Part shown: piece by piece, positions 12,101 through 25,159 of the stretch
Numbering within the stretch: the first letter of the stretch is position 1
How the letters are laid out: every line of letters starts with the position of its first letter
DNA from: Takakia lepidozioides
Taxonomy: Eukaryota; Plantae; Bryophyta
Assembly: GCA_030704615.1 (NCBI GenBank)
Contig: CM060734.1
Span: 1,364,001-1,428,000 of the forward strand
DNA length: 64,000 nt
Direction of reading: 5' to 3'
Translations under genes and position numbers: made by a program
Notes under the pieces: model-generated
The model's input: only the letters and a program-made list of their open reading frames with translations
The model's database searches: none
Told to the model about the DNA's origin: nothing

Positions 12101-15100
12101 GGATGGTCTTGAAGTTGGTCAAGGGCATCTGCCCGATCCTTTGTATCCTATACAGTGTGTGAACCAAACTCGTTTTGACATGCGATGTCTCCGTTCCTCT
12201 GCAGAATGATATCTGTAAGTCAGAATGAAATTCAAGGTCTTCAATCAAAGAAGAACGGAACCACAAGTGGAACATGTAGAATGAGAAACCAACATGTTCA
12301 CATCATTCATTGCCGTCAGAAGACCATCATGTTCCCGTCACAATCCAGCACCATCGATCGAACAGAGTAATGCCACTCTCCTCCTGTGAGTGCAGCCTCC
12401 CAATGACAGCCATCCATGCAAGCAAGCGGTGGTTCCCATCCCAAACGTGAAACATCTTTCCCGAGAATGCCTGGGTGGTGGAAGGTTTCCTGGAGAGAAG
12501 AAGTTCGAAGGATTCGTTCAGCTGTCTCCAAATGGGGTCCCAGGAGTCCACGATTGACTCATCCACGAGGAGCTCATTACCTTTGGAATCCCTAGTAGAA
12601 ACGTAAAAGACTGCGGATCCATCCAAATACCCATGAACAAACTCGGCCTCCAGCTTGAGATGTCCTTGACGAGGGTGGACGAAACGGGCATGGAAACCAA
12701 CCTACAAGGGGAATCTTCAACCTCCCACCCGGGGCAAACATACTTTGCACCACAAATGAGAGTTTACCTTCTGACCCCCAGCATCTCAGCGGCTTTGCTT
12801 TCATAGAACTCATCGTCCACATCAACAATTATCTCCTTCTCCTGACCCGAAGGGACCTCATCTGCCACACTTTGCATCTTCTCCTGCAGGGTTGTTCATT
12901 CAACTTGATATTAGAGAGGCATGAAACGTCGGCTGAGGCATGAAAAAGTGGGCTCAAAGAGTGTGCGTTGACGCACACTATTTTAAGCTGCCAGGTAAGT
13001 GTACATTGACCCTCACAGACATGTCCTATGTTGCCGAATTCCGCATAAAAGACAATGTAAAAGTGGGCTCAAACAGTGTGCGTTGACGCACACTGTTTCA
13101 CTTGCCAGGTAAAATGATCATTGAACATCTACTTGTGCCAGGTAAGTGTTCATTGTAAACTCCAAGATATGGGCGGCCGATTTCGGATGAAAAAAGTGAA
13201 AAGGTGAGTTTGAACAGTTGGACATGTCCAGCTCAAACAGTGTGCGTTGACGCACACTGTTTGAGTTGCCAGCGAGGGATTCTTCCATCCTCAAAAACCT
13301 GCCCTGGAAGTCCGAATTTAACTCGGAAAAAAACACTTACATGTTCAGCTCAAACAGTGTGCGCCAACGCACACTGTTTGAGCTGCCACTGAATGGTTAT
13401 TATTTCATCTTCAAAAACCTGCCCTTGAAGTCCGAATTTAACACCAAAAAAACAGTGACATGTACAGCTCAAACAGTGTGCGTTGACGCACACTGTTTGA
13501 GCTGCCAGTGAGGGATTCTTTCATCCCCAGAAACGTGCCCTAGAGGTCGAATTTCAATCGGAAAAAAAACACTACATGTTCAGCTCAAACAGTGTGCGTC
13601 AAAGCACACTGTTTGAGCAGCCACTGAATGGTTATTTGATCATCATAAACCTGCCTGGAAGTCGAATTTAACACCAAAAACAACACAGTGACATGTACAG
13701 CTCAAACAGTGTGCGTTGACGCACACTGTTTGAGCTGCCAGTGAGGGATTCTTTCATCCCAGAAACGTGCCCTAAAGGTCGAATTTAACTGACATGTGCT
13801 CAAACAGTGTGCGTTGACGCACACTGTTTGAGCTGCCACGTGCCCTAAAAATTGGAAAAACGTTCAGCTCAAACAGTGTGCAACGCACACTGTTTGAGCT
13901 TGCATCCAAGTCCGGAAGCTCAAAGTGTGCGCCAACGCACACTGTTTGAGCTGCCACTGAATGGTTATTTCATCCCTGCCCTGGAAAAAAATTACATGTC
14001 AGCTCAAACAGTGTTGTTGCCACCATGTGCCCTCCGGGTGCTTGTTGCTGGGTGTGCCCCCGCAAAGCTCAAACAGTGTGCGCCAACGCACACTGTTTGA
14101 GCTGCCACTGAATGGTGCCCTGGAAGTCCGAGTGACATGTACAGCTCAAACAGTGTGCCGCACACTGTTTGAGCTGCCACGAAAAAAGCTCATGTTGTTT
14201 GTGAAAGCCCTGGAAGTCCGGACAGCTCAAACAGTGTGCAGTTTGAACTTTCATCTGCCCTCGGGAAACAGTGTGCGCCAAAGCTGCCACTCATCCCTGC
14301 CCTGGAAAGGGTTCAGCTCAAACAGTGTGCGCCAACGCACACTGTTTGAGCTGCCACTGAATGGGGCCCTGGAAGTCCGGGGTTCAGGTTGTTTGAGCTG
14401 CCACTGAATGGTGCCCTGGAAGTCCGAATTTAACACCAAAAAAACAGTGACATGTACAGCTCAAACAGTGTGCGCGCACACTGTTTGAGCTGCCCGTGCC
14501 CTAAAGGGGGTGTGTGCTCTGCCACTGAATGGTTATTTCATGCCCGTGACATGTACAGCTCAAACAGTGTGCGCGCACACTGTTTGAGCTGCCCTTTCAT
14601 CTGCCCTTTTTGACATGTCCGCACACTGTTTGAGCTGCCACTGAAGGGTTCTGACATACCTGGAAAACCGATATCCAGTTGTTCAGCTCAACTCACACTG
14701 ATTGAGCTTGCAATTTGGGTTGTATTGAACCTGCTGTAGTGCCCAAGTTTGGGCGTTTCGCACCTGAACAATCAAGCAAATTGGTAGGCCCAAACAGTGT
14801 GCGTTGCCGCACACTGTTTGAGCTTCCAGTTTGCGGTGCTTTCAGCTGGTGCAGATGTCCTGTGTGGGCTATATTCATATCAGCAACGAAACACAAATGT
14901 GGGTCTTAAAGATTTCACCTTTTTCTTGGCTGCTCCAGAAGACTCCCCAATTGCCGGGGACCCTTTGCGCTTCGGGCTGCTCTCTGCGCCGAGCGTGTAC
15001 GTGAGCCTCTCCCCTTCCTCTTTCCCGCAGGGACTCCTCGTGAGGCCACCTTCAACATCCTCTTCCATCTCGTCTGTCTCTCCCTCAGATGCTGTCCTCT

Positions 15101-15219
15101 TCATCTGTTCTTGGAACTATGGCGGGCTGCTGTTCTTCTGCTGATTCCTGCTCCTCCATCGCCACACCTCTACTCCCCTCTTCTACCTCCTTTTCCTCTT
15201 CGTCCACTCTTTCCATCCT
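9180..15219 (-). CDS. Multi-exon gene for a ParB/Srx-like domain plus permuted (beta-class) N6A/N4C-type DNA methyltransferase-like domain; frameshifted in this sequence
   Basis: KMFHVWDGNHRLLAW at about 12415-12460; IILDIPDG (motif IV-like, about 10160-10180); FLSDAGVLVLI; PWRGARERSPAFIQTIVECCTYTDARVLDLSMGTG (motif X/I, about 9490-9600); last exon ASYHACKASARHLFGI ending at stop 9180. Intron 12884-14918 joins KKK|EKMQ in frame. Start and middle exons are approximate. Confidence 0.75.
12950..14830. repeat. Array of 40-bp palindromes CAGCTCAAACAGTGTGCG-NNNN-CGCACACTGTTTGAGCTG
   Basis: About 20 full or partial copies. Regular copies start at 13229, 13346, 13465, 13581 and 13698 with two alternating spacer types; later copies are scrambled. 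Confidence 0.95.
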
Positions 15220-16152
15220 CATTCTATCTCTGGCTCTATTCCTGTTTCTAGAGCTCGTGAAGTATAGTGACTTCCTTCTCTTCCTCCTCCGCTGGAAACA
15301 AGGGCTCCCCACGATGCCTCTAGAGCTCTCCAGTTTGACGTTTGTAACAAGTGCTGCTATGGCATGTAACCAAAATCGAAATTGGACGTTGTCAACCATA
15401 TTTGGATGCGGGTGTTGTTATTGTGTGCGAACGGAATTCATCCATTCCGTCGTCTCCGTATTATCCAAGTAATAAAGCGCTAGAAAAAAACATCCGTTGC
15501 ATGCACTAGCGATATATGTCAGATGTACTGCGCCGCCTGCCAATACACCGCGGCCTTCTTGCTTTCTTTCAAATTCGGATGTGCCGTAGAAATCTAATGC
15601 TAGTTCATTTTCGAGCAGTTCTTGCAGATCCGCAATAATTGTTATGCTTCACATATGCATCCACGTGTGTTGTACTGCCTACCCTGTGGTTTGCATTTTA
15701 CCGTAACCGTCGCCATGGGGTCATTCGGCATAAAGGGTTCTGTCGGATACGACCATGTCTGGCACGCATTCGTGCGAGGTATCTTCTGCAGTGTCAGTGT
15801 TTGTGCTGTGCTCTTCTGGCACAGCACAACCTCATGACATTTGTGGTCTTCCTGTTTACTGCTCTCCAGGGTTGTTGCCGTCTTTCATAATGGATGGTTT
15901 CATGTCGTTTTTCAGTGTTTGTTTTCATCCATAAACAGCACGGCTTCTTGTAGTATTTGAAAACAGTTTTTCTGGTTAGTGCCTCTTGGCGTTGCTGTTT
16001 CCGAAGTGAAGGTGCATCTCATCCCTACATCCTTTGCATGCATCACCTGCAACCTTTGGGTTGGAGCTACCCTTGTTGACCTCGTTTGCTTGTCTTAATT
16101 CCCCTTTCGGTATTGCGGGCTATCAGTTCGAGGATTCCGCAACTTTCGTTCA

Positions 16153-19100
16153 GTGAGGGAAAACATGTCGAGGGAGCGAGATACACTTGCTCGATTCCAT
16201 TCCAATGCAGGTACTCTTCCACTGACTGCCACTGCAGACGACGATGGGTTTGCAGTTGTTCATGAGGATGAGCTGGTTACAGTGTTCCCGCTGGAGTTGG
16301 GTTCTCTCCTTGTTCAAAAGAGGTGTATGACGAGGATGGGAATTTGGATTCTGGGCACTTGGAGAAACCATTGGTTGGCAAGTGTGGAAGGAAGTGGAGA
16401 GTCCTTCCAGGCACATACCGTGTCCTTGGAAAAGAGAGAAGACAATCAGCAGGATCAGTCGTTACCCCTGGCACTGCAGCATCGGTCGTGCAACAGAAGG
16501 GCACAGTTCCTGTGAAACAAGAGGTGAGCACATCCACTACCTTCGTGACTCTTTCAGACTCGTCCTCGGAGGATGTTTCTGAGATTCCTCCGCCAGTGCA
16601 GACTCCGTCATTGGATGATGACGAATTGCAAGAGATAACGAGTGTCATTCCAAAATTGAAAGCCCTCGCAGGTGTGCCTGGGTGCAAGAGCGCTTTTTGT
16701 TGATTGGGAGTCCCTTCCTGTGCAACGGGTTCAATACGTGCCAGCACAGTTTGATGGGGACATCCTGTTTGAGCTCAACCCTCCCACCTCTTCCACTGGA
16801 CTGGCTGGGCTTTTGCAGGGCATGGACAAGAAACATGACGGACATCCTTGGTGCAGGACAAAAACGTCGAACATCCATAACGACATTGGCTTGAAATTTC
16901 GGAGGTCGGTCTGCGTTGGGCATTGTAAGTGCCAGAATTTTCTTGCCCTCGCTGAGAAACAGCGCTCAACCAAACGAAAGTGAGTGGGAAGGTGTGCCCC
17001 TGAATCCTTTCACCCCAGGGCTTGCCCCTCCCAGGACCAATACTTTCGTGTGCAGGTGCAAACTTTCCCCGTCCTGTGTTTCTGTGTGCCACGCTCGTAT
17101 GTATCAGGTGGCACACCGATGCAAGACAATGACTCGTGCCTGCATTCATATGGGTGCACACGAGCATCCTGTGTCCAAAGGAAGTTGCAGGGATAGCGTG
17201 GACATCGCTAGAAATCTGCTGAAGCAGGAGTTCCACAATGCCCCTTGTGCAACACCTTCTGCTATAGCGCTTGCAGCTAGCAAGGCATTCCTGGAGAAAC
17301 ACATACTGGGTGAAGGGGATGCGACACAACTTATGCTGGATGCAGATTCGCTTAATGCAGTCATGGACCATTTCTCCGTGTTGAGCTCTCCCAATATTCG
17401 AAACCAGGTGAATGCACTCAGAATGGGCACAGGCACTGCTGGATTCATGGACAACATTATGGACCTGAAACGGAGGAGTCGCTATGAATTCATTCAAAAC
17501 AGTATCTTCCCTGGCCAGGGCTCGTCCAAGGTGTATTTGTTCAAGATGTCCGCTGTGGGCGAAGGCAGTGGTGTGAGCATTGTCCGCCGTATGCAACCAG
17601 GAGGAGATTGGCTAAATGTTGGTTAATGTTTGATCACTGCAAACGGGTGAAGGGTTGGACAACCATGGCGTGCCATGTGTATGATCCGGCGTACCAGCGT
17701 GTGCTCTCCATAGCAATTTGTGATATGCAGTCGGAGGACACTGAATCCCATGCTCATGTGGAATTCGCTCTTGGCCGTCATGCAGCGCAATGGAATACAA
17801 AACACAAATTTTGCGGGCTTCATGGCTGATAGTGCACAGGCAATTTCAATGCAGTGCGACGCGTGTTTTGGTTCGGGGGATCCTAAAGGTCCCAATGGAA
17901 AATAGGGAGCGCACATGCCTCTTCCATTGGACTCAATCTCTGGCACGTCATACAAAGCGCTGCATTCGCCCTGACCTGCAGTTGGAGCACAGAAGGCTCT
18001 GTCTCAAGTACAAGAATGCCACCTCAATGGAGAAGCTGAGAGCACTTACCAGGCAATCCGGGCTTGGTGGTTCTCCTCTGGTGCTGCAACAGGTACCCAC
18101 GTAAAGGAGTTGGAGGACTGGTTGGTTTTCTGGCACTTCAGGTACAGACAGGGGGAGCTTTCATGACGACGGTAAGCCTCTTCAATCCCAAAAACAGAAA
18201 TTTTGCATCGTGCCTGTTCATTTGGGGTTCTTCGATTGTCACTTGAAGAACCTCTACCATTTGTTTTCGTTCCTCACATATCCATGCAATGCCTCCCTGC
18301 AGGACATGTCCTTGGAGGACTTGGCCGACATGCCATCCTGTAATTTGGCGGAGACTGTTCACAACGCCTGGATGCAGCAGTCTACCAAAGCAGGTCGTGA
18401 CTTGTATGTGGCCACTGCTGATGACATGGTGCGTGCACTTACACAACAAACCAGGTACCGCAATTTTCTGATGGGACGGGGTGGAGGCAAGGGCCCTGAT
18501 ACGACTTTGTTGATGCTAAGGGCTGCGAGTAGGTCCGGAGTCCCGTCAAAGATGGCCAGAGCTCTAAACAGATGCACTGAAGGGTCCCCTCTACAATCCA
18601 GGATCCCCCATTTGGAAGGCGAGGAAAGATTTGGATCATGCAAAAGGAAATTGAACACTCTTCCAGGGTCAGATGAGATTCCCATCGGCCAGACAGGGTC
18701 AATTTCTCTGTGCCAAAGGTGTCTCCACTGCAGACTGAGTCGTGCCCGCCCCTTCCCAGGTGGGTCCTCCTCCAGTGGAGCAGGTGCAGAACATACAAGC
18801 ACAGCAGCGGGAATCCCATTGGAGGAGGTGGTGGCCATGGTGCAGGAATCCGATTGCATTGATAGTGAGTGGCATATAGAACGCACCCCACCAGGATCTA
18901 GAGTGGCTTGCATGGCAATTCGGACCCCCTCATTCAAGAAATGCAAATCAAAGATATGCAAAGGCTCCAGGGGGACTCCAGCTCCAACATTCACAGGGTT
19001 GTTCCGACCTTATCATAGTGGGGAGTCAAAGGACCACAAATTTTGGTTCTGCCCAGACGATATGGCACGATGCGTGAAGGGAACAGTTCGTCCTTCGGTG

Positions 19101-19709
19101 ATAATGAAACCCCCTCCCCCCGCAATTTGGCCTGTGCAAATTGGGACGTCGCTGTCATCAACCGAGATAAGCATGCTGGAGGAGGGGGTTCTGTCTTGCA
19201 CGGTCCCGGGTGGTGCCCTCATGCACTGTCGGCACAGATGTGCCACATGCTCCGGCAATGCCGCCACCCGGTGCCGACTCCCACCCAACAAAAAGAGATG
19301 GAAAAACAGTGCGCCGTTTCGCTTCGGGTGCAGATCACGAATGCAAGATGGAATCTGCTAGAATTTTGCAGGCTCGGGTGTCTCGTATCACCGAAGTCCC
19401 TTCTCCGGGGTATGGACGGATTTACACAGTGCTGTCAATTGGGTCAGTTCTTCATGGCAAAAATATCAGGTTACCGTCGGGAATTTCCCTTCGTGCACTT
19501 GTCCGGACTTTGTAACGATGCGTGAGGGCGCTCTCGGCATGAGAGGGAAGTGGGTCCCCTGCAAGCATCAATATTACATATACCTTGTGATTATGTGTTG
19601 CGACGGTAAGAGAGACCAATTCATCCACCAAGCCACACTAGGCTATGGAGAAGTGAACACCCTTCTACAGCGGGACACCTCGCGTGGAGCTCCGCCAACT
19701 TCTCTTTGA
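16153..19709 (+). CDS. Mutator-like DDE transposase with GCM/WRKY-like Zn domain and C-terminal SWIM finger (frameshifted; intron 18172-18302)
   Basis: HDGHPW...CVGHCKCQN...ACIHMGAHEHP; WLMFDH; GFMADSAQA; CLFHW; CNLAETVHNAW; CTCPDF...CKH at about 19495-19570. Start approximate. Confidence 0.85.
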
Positions 19710-20259
19710 ACACATACGAGCCATGCCCGCTTCCCATGCTGGTTTGCAGGTTGCCGTGTGAAGACTTTGCATTTCTGACAAACATATGGATTTCGTTTAC
19801 GGAACCAGGGCAAATGCACATGCAATTCATTGTAAGCGTCTATCTGTGAATTGAAATAAACTGTGACAATCATTCTGAGCTCAAATCTGCCATGTTTTCA
19901 TATTTCTAGTTTTGAGCGGGCATTGCAAACATGGTGTGTGTTGGCCCCCTTTGTTTTGTCCACGGTAATAGGCCCTCTTCCTGCAATCCTCGCCTATAGG
20001 ACCTTCTTCTCCAGCAGATTCGTGCCGCTCACGCTTCCCTGAAGCGTGAGCTCAGCTCACGCTTTGTAGCTTGAACGTGAGCTCAGCTCCCAGGCTCACG
20101 GGGCTGGGCTCACGCCGTAGCTACGCTCCTTCTACACTGCCGTCGCTCGGGCAACCAAAACACACATCGCAGACCACATAGCCTCCTCCCAAGGCTTTAA
20201 CACACACACACTTCCCTTCAAAGCTTCCACTGCCAGCACCTCCTGGCCCCACGCACAAC

Positions 20260-21193
20260 TGTTAAAGGGTTGTCTGGGACTTAGACAGTTTTACGGGTTC
20301 TGTGGGGTACCCTTAATTTTGCGCAGACCTACGGTGGTAGACTCAGACCAATACAAACCTTAGGGGTGATAGACACAGGCCTTAGGGGTGGTAGACAGAC
20401 TTACACAGTCAGTCACAGCCTTACACAGTTAGATACAGCTTGACACAGCCTGACACAACCTAACACAGTCAGTCACAGTCTGACACGGCCAGTCACAGCT
20501 CGGCACAGTCACAGCCCGACACAGCTTGGCACAGCCCGTCACAGCGTTCACAGGGAACGGTTATCATTGGCAGGGAACGACTATATAGGAACGACATCTG
20601 CAGAGGGAACATGCATTCTGTCTTGGATGATAGTTAGTTAGTTAGGCGGTTAGAATAGCTTGCAGGTAGAATAGGCAGAGTAGCGACATGGAGGGGGTCA
20701 CTTCTGGGATCACTTCTTGGACATCACTTGAGGAGATCAGGCGGAGAGCACGATCTTGGAGCACAGGGATGGAGATTACACAGAGGAGGAGATACGACGA
20801 GATGATGCTTGATTCATGCAAGCTGTAGAGATGCACTATAGAGCAGATTAGAGACACCATGGCTTCGGCCTGATACATGATAGATATTAATATGATTCCT
20901 ATTTCATAATCACACTGTATAGAGAGATATGAGTGAAGCTGTGAAATGAATGCTTGAGTAGTTGGAACATGGTAGATTGCAGAAGCAATCTCATACTTAA
21001 TCATAGACAGTAAGGTAAATTGCTAACATGAATGCGAGAAGGAATACAAATAGGAAGCACCCCCATGATACACTAGTTGTAGGTCATGACTGATTGTTCT
21101 GAGCGGGCTGAGTACTTAGAGATTTCCAACTCTTCTATATTGGAGTTTCCACCTCGGATAGCTAAGGGATGGGTGAGTAAAAGCTGCTCGACA
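20260..21193 (+). repeat. 5' LTR of gypsy copy C
   Basis: TGTTAAAG...CTCGACA, homologous to the LTRs of copy D; internal CACAGC repeats. Confidence 0.9.
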
Positions 21194-21195
21194 TT

Positions 21196-21211
21196 TGGCG
21201 ACCATACTGGG
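21196..21211 (+). promoter_or_regulatory. Primer binding site (probably tRNA-Arg type)
   Basis: TGGCGACCATACTGGG 2 nt after the LTR end; identical in copy D (38942-38957, minus). tRNA assignment is from memory of ...GGTCGCCA 3' ends. Confidence 0.75.
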
Positions 21212-24200
21212 GAATTGAGTCAAGAACAACCAGATGTGACAGGCATCTGGTGGGATCATGGTGGATGAAGAATTAAAGAATTTGATGTGAATCAAATTCC
21301 CTGTGAAACTAAGAAAGAAAGATTGTCCAAACAATTCTTTCAGAGGTTCTTGGAATTGCCAGACGGTTGCAAGGAAAACATTCTTAAGAGAGTGCATGAT
21401 GCTGATCCAGAGTGGGGTCTGGAGAAAGGAGTGATAAAAGATTTATCAAGTGGCCTGTAAAGGGAGAGCTAGATGGTTGCCAACACTGGTTTATGTGATA
21501 GCGTTGCTATCCATTAAACGAGTGGAGTTTGAAAGCTGGGAGGAACGGAAGGTGAATGTTTACACTCACATGCATGAAGAACTTTAAACTGGTAAAGAAT
21601 TGGATTCCTAAGGATATCTTGTGGATCAAACTTACACCAAGAACAGCTTTTCAGACGTGCTTGCCATATGGTTATATGGTAACGGAGCCTTCTAGTATAG
21701 CCAAGGGTGCATTAAAGCTTGAAAGAAATCCAGGCATATACGAGAGATACTACAGAAGAGAGTTTTGGTTATTGCCTCATTAAAGATATGAAAGACATGG
21801 GACATGAGTGATGAAAGGGAAAGCTAGACTCCACAGCTGTTCAGCGAAAAGAGAAAGTTATTTGAAAGCTAATTATCCATATCTCTGGGAGAGAGGAATA
21901 GACATAGGGGAATCATCTGGACCTCTCACACCATTAAGGCCAGAGAGTACATCACCCATACCGGAAAAACCAGAGTTGGATGCCACTCCTTCTTATTATT
22001 TACAAGAAAGATTAAGGGATTTGGTACAGGAAGAAGATCAGCCACGAGGAGAAAGATCTGAGGTACATCCCTGGGTTAAAGATTTGACAGAAATCTTTGA
22101 TCAGAGTTGGCATGGAACACCAAGAGCAGGAATTTCAGTTTCTAAAACACAAGACAAAGAAGGAGAGGAAGATGAGGCGGAGCCAACGGAGAGTTTAGAC
22201 TCTCCAACACCACTGCAGTTGAGTTATATGAGTGAGGAAGAAGAAATCCAAGAGAAGAACTTGGAAGATGAAAACAGAGAGAAGAATTTGGAAGATGAAG
22301 AGTATGAAGAAGTAGACCCAACAGTTGAGGTTGAGACTACAACCAGGACATCCCAACCTATTGGACCTAGATCAAGTGGAGCACTTGGATCACAGGCCAA
22401 CACAAGTGTCAGCTCAGGGGGATCAGGCGGGCAGCTTGGATCTGGCACTGGGGGGACAGGGAGTGTGGGAAGTAGTGCAACTGGAGCGGGGGGTATGGCA
22501 AGTACAAGAGGGCCAGTAGCAAAGAGTGCTCAGGGGCCAACACCTGGTGGGAGTTCCACCACTACAACAGCAGGTCCTCAAGGACCAACACCTACAGGAG
22601 GACCAGCACCTATCAAAGGGCAAGGTGTAGGGCCACAGATGGTGGTACCTCCAACACGAGCAAAACCACATTTTCCAATATATGCAGGAAAATGGGATCC
22701 TGATGTACACATCAGCCAATTTGAGCACATGTGTATTGTGAACAATGAGAATGGCGATGATGCCAAAATGAGACTGTTTCCTTGTTCACTTATCAAGAAA
22801 GCAAATGAATGGTATGCAAGGTTTCCTAATAATCATTTCCTAATGGCCTTAGTACAGCATTCCGAAACAGGTTCAAGACAAGCAAAACTGGGGATGAAGT
22901 GTATGGGTGTTTACAACAGTTGAGGCAAATGAAGCATGAAACTGTTGAAGAATATATGGAGAAAATGGAGTTAATGGTGAAAAAGTTGCAGTACCAGCAC
23001 CAGGATTATAGAAGACTTAGTTTGTGAGTGGACTAAGACCTGAATTACAAAAGAAAGTGGATATGCTACCTCATAATACAGTGGAGGAGGCATTCGAAAC
23101 AGCCAACAGAATTGAGCAATTGGGAATGCTCAAGAGAGATAAAAGGGAAGATGAGGACTCTGAAGATGAGTCTGATGAGGAAGAAGAGCAAGAGCTCAGG
23201 AGGAAGAGCAAGAAGAAGGAAAAGTTGAAGAGGGACAACTATGAGAAAAGACTGGAAGAAATCTTGAAAAAATACGCCACAGAGGCTGCAACACATTGGA
23301 GGAAGGGTGTTTGGTGTGCAAAGTGCCAAAATGAAGGCCATACCACAGCTAAATGTCACATGAAGGAGAAACACTGTACTATCTGTAAAATGGATAACCA
23401 TTCTACTGAGAATTGTTATTACAATAGAAGGACAGCTACAAGAGAACCTAGGCAAGTGAGGGTGCATCAAGTGCAACCCCAGCCAAGAAGAAACAATGAC
23501 CAGGACCACTATGGTAGGCCTGGTGGGTATAACAATGGTATGGCAGGAAGAGGTAATCCAAGAGGGAATTACCAAGGCAATCCCAGAGGCAACTATCAGG
23601 GTAATCCAAGGGGGAATTACCAGCCAGGGAATCAGGATTATAGAAATAATCCCAGAATAAACCAAGGGCGAGGACCCAATGGTGAAGAACTGTGTTACTA
23701 TTGTAACTAGGCAGGACATCGCAAAACAACCTGTCCATTCTGGATTAGACACTAGAATGAGATCATGAGAGCTCCTGTGAATGAAGGCCCAGTAGTGGCA
23801 GCTCACATGGTTATGCCATGTTTTGTACCAGAAGTAAGTACAATGATAGTTACCAGAAGCAAAGCTAAACTATTACCTCCAGTGGATGAGGAAGAAGATG
23901 TTAATGAAGATGGCAGTGATGTGCCTGAAGATGATGAGGCATGGAGAGATGAGAAGGAACTGCACAAGGAAGTGGCTGATACCATAAGGGAAATGCAGAA
24001 GGATACTGATATCCCAATGGCAGATTCTTCTGACTCTGAAAGAGAAGATGAAGAAGGTGAAGATGAAGTGAAGCAAGAGGCTTCACAGGTGCAGGATAAT
24101 GAAGGGGCTTTGGCTGAAGTAATATGCTAGTCCAAAGCTAAGATTACAATTGGGCAGCTATTGGCTGTGGCACCCCATTGTAGACACAGGCTATATCAAG

Positions 24201-25159
24201 CAATCAATCAGATTGCTCATGAGTTGGGATTCATCCTGTACCTTGCCTATTTGATTGGTACTGACCCTGGTTATTCCTTGGACAAACCAGCTATTACAGA
24301 AGGTTTGTCAGACGATATGCACAGAAGGCAGCACCATTGAGCAAACTCTTGAAGAAGGATGCAGTGTTTGCATGGACAGCTGAATGTCAACAAGCTTTTG
24401 AGGAACTTACATTGTCAGTAACAACTACACCTGTACTGATTAACCCTCATTGGCATATGGTATTTCATGTACACTGTGATGCCTCAGGAGAAGCATTGGG
24501 GGCAGTGTTAGCCCAAAATGTCACAGGAAACATAGATTCACCTGTGTACTATGCTAGCAGATTGTTGAACAGTGTTGAGAGGAACTATAGCACTACTGAA
24601 AAAGAAGCTTTGGCAATGATTTATGCAGTCAAGAAATTCAGGCATTATCTACTTGGAAGGAAGTTTATGTTTTATGTGGATCATCAGGCTTTGATTTACT
24701 TGGTGAATAAGCCTTTGATAAGTGGCAGGATAGCAAGATGGTTGATTATCTTGCACAAGTTTGAATTCGAAGTTGTTTACAAGCCTGGACGTTTGCATCT
24801 TGTGGTAGATCACTTGTCACGCCTTTCAATAGGAGAACCCGCCATAGGAGTAGACGATCAACTGCCTGATGCGAGTTTATTTGCAGTGGAAGTGCAGGGA
24901 GCAGATGATTGGTTAGATTGGCAATGGCCAATCAGATATTACCTTACTCATGGTTAGTGCCCACCCAGTTATAGGAAGGAGCAGAGGAAAAGAATAGATA
25001 TCAAGGCATTACCATACACTATGATAGGTGGAAAATTGTATAAGCTAGGACCTGATGGAGTTCTTAAACGATGCTTGTACCACCATGAGGTAAATAAAGT
25101 TTTGGAAGAAGTTCATAAGGGAGTGGCTGGAGGTCATTTTGGAGAAGAGGCTACTCTCC

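Larger units (their letters stand above)
8300..20120 (+). mobile_element. Mutator-like DNA transposon (MULE-1), 11.8 kb, with two divergent genes
   Basis: Ends CTAttccGTGAGCCC ... GGGCTCACgccgTAG with multiple subterminal GTGAGC motifs; flanks rejoin seamlessly; encodes a DDE transposase. Confidence 0.85.
20260..25155 (+). mobile_element. Truncated Ty3/gypsy element (copy C): LTR, PBS, 5' extra ORF, gag, RNase H, start of integrase; protease-RT deleted
   Basis: LTR TG...CA 20260-21193; gag [17 protein letters not shown] and CCHC knuckles; RNase H HCDASG...[13 protein letters not shown]...VDHQAL; collinear with copy D. Confidence 0.92.

Noticed and set aside
12950-14830. CRISPR array
   Set aside because: Spacers are repeats of two alternating types, no cas genes are present, and the context is a eukaryotic intron.
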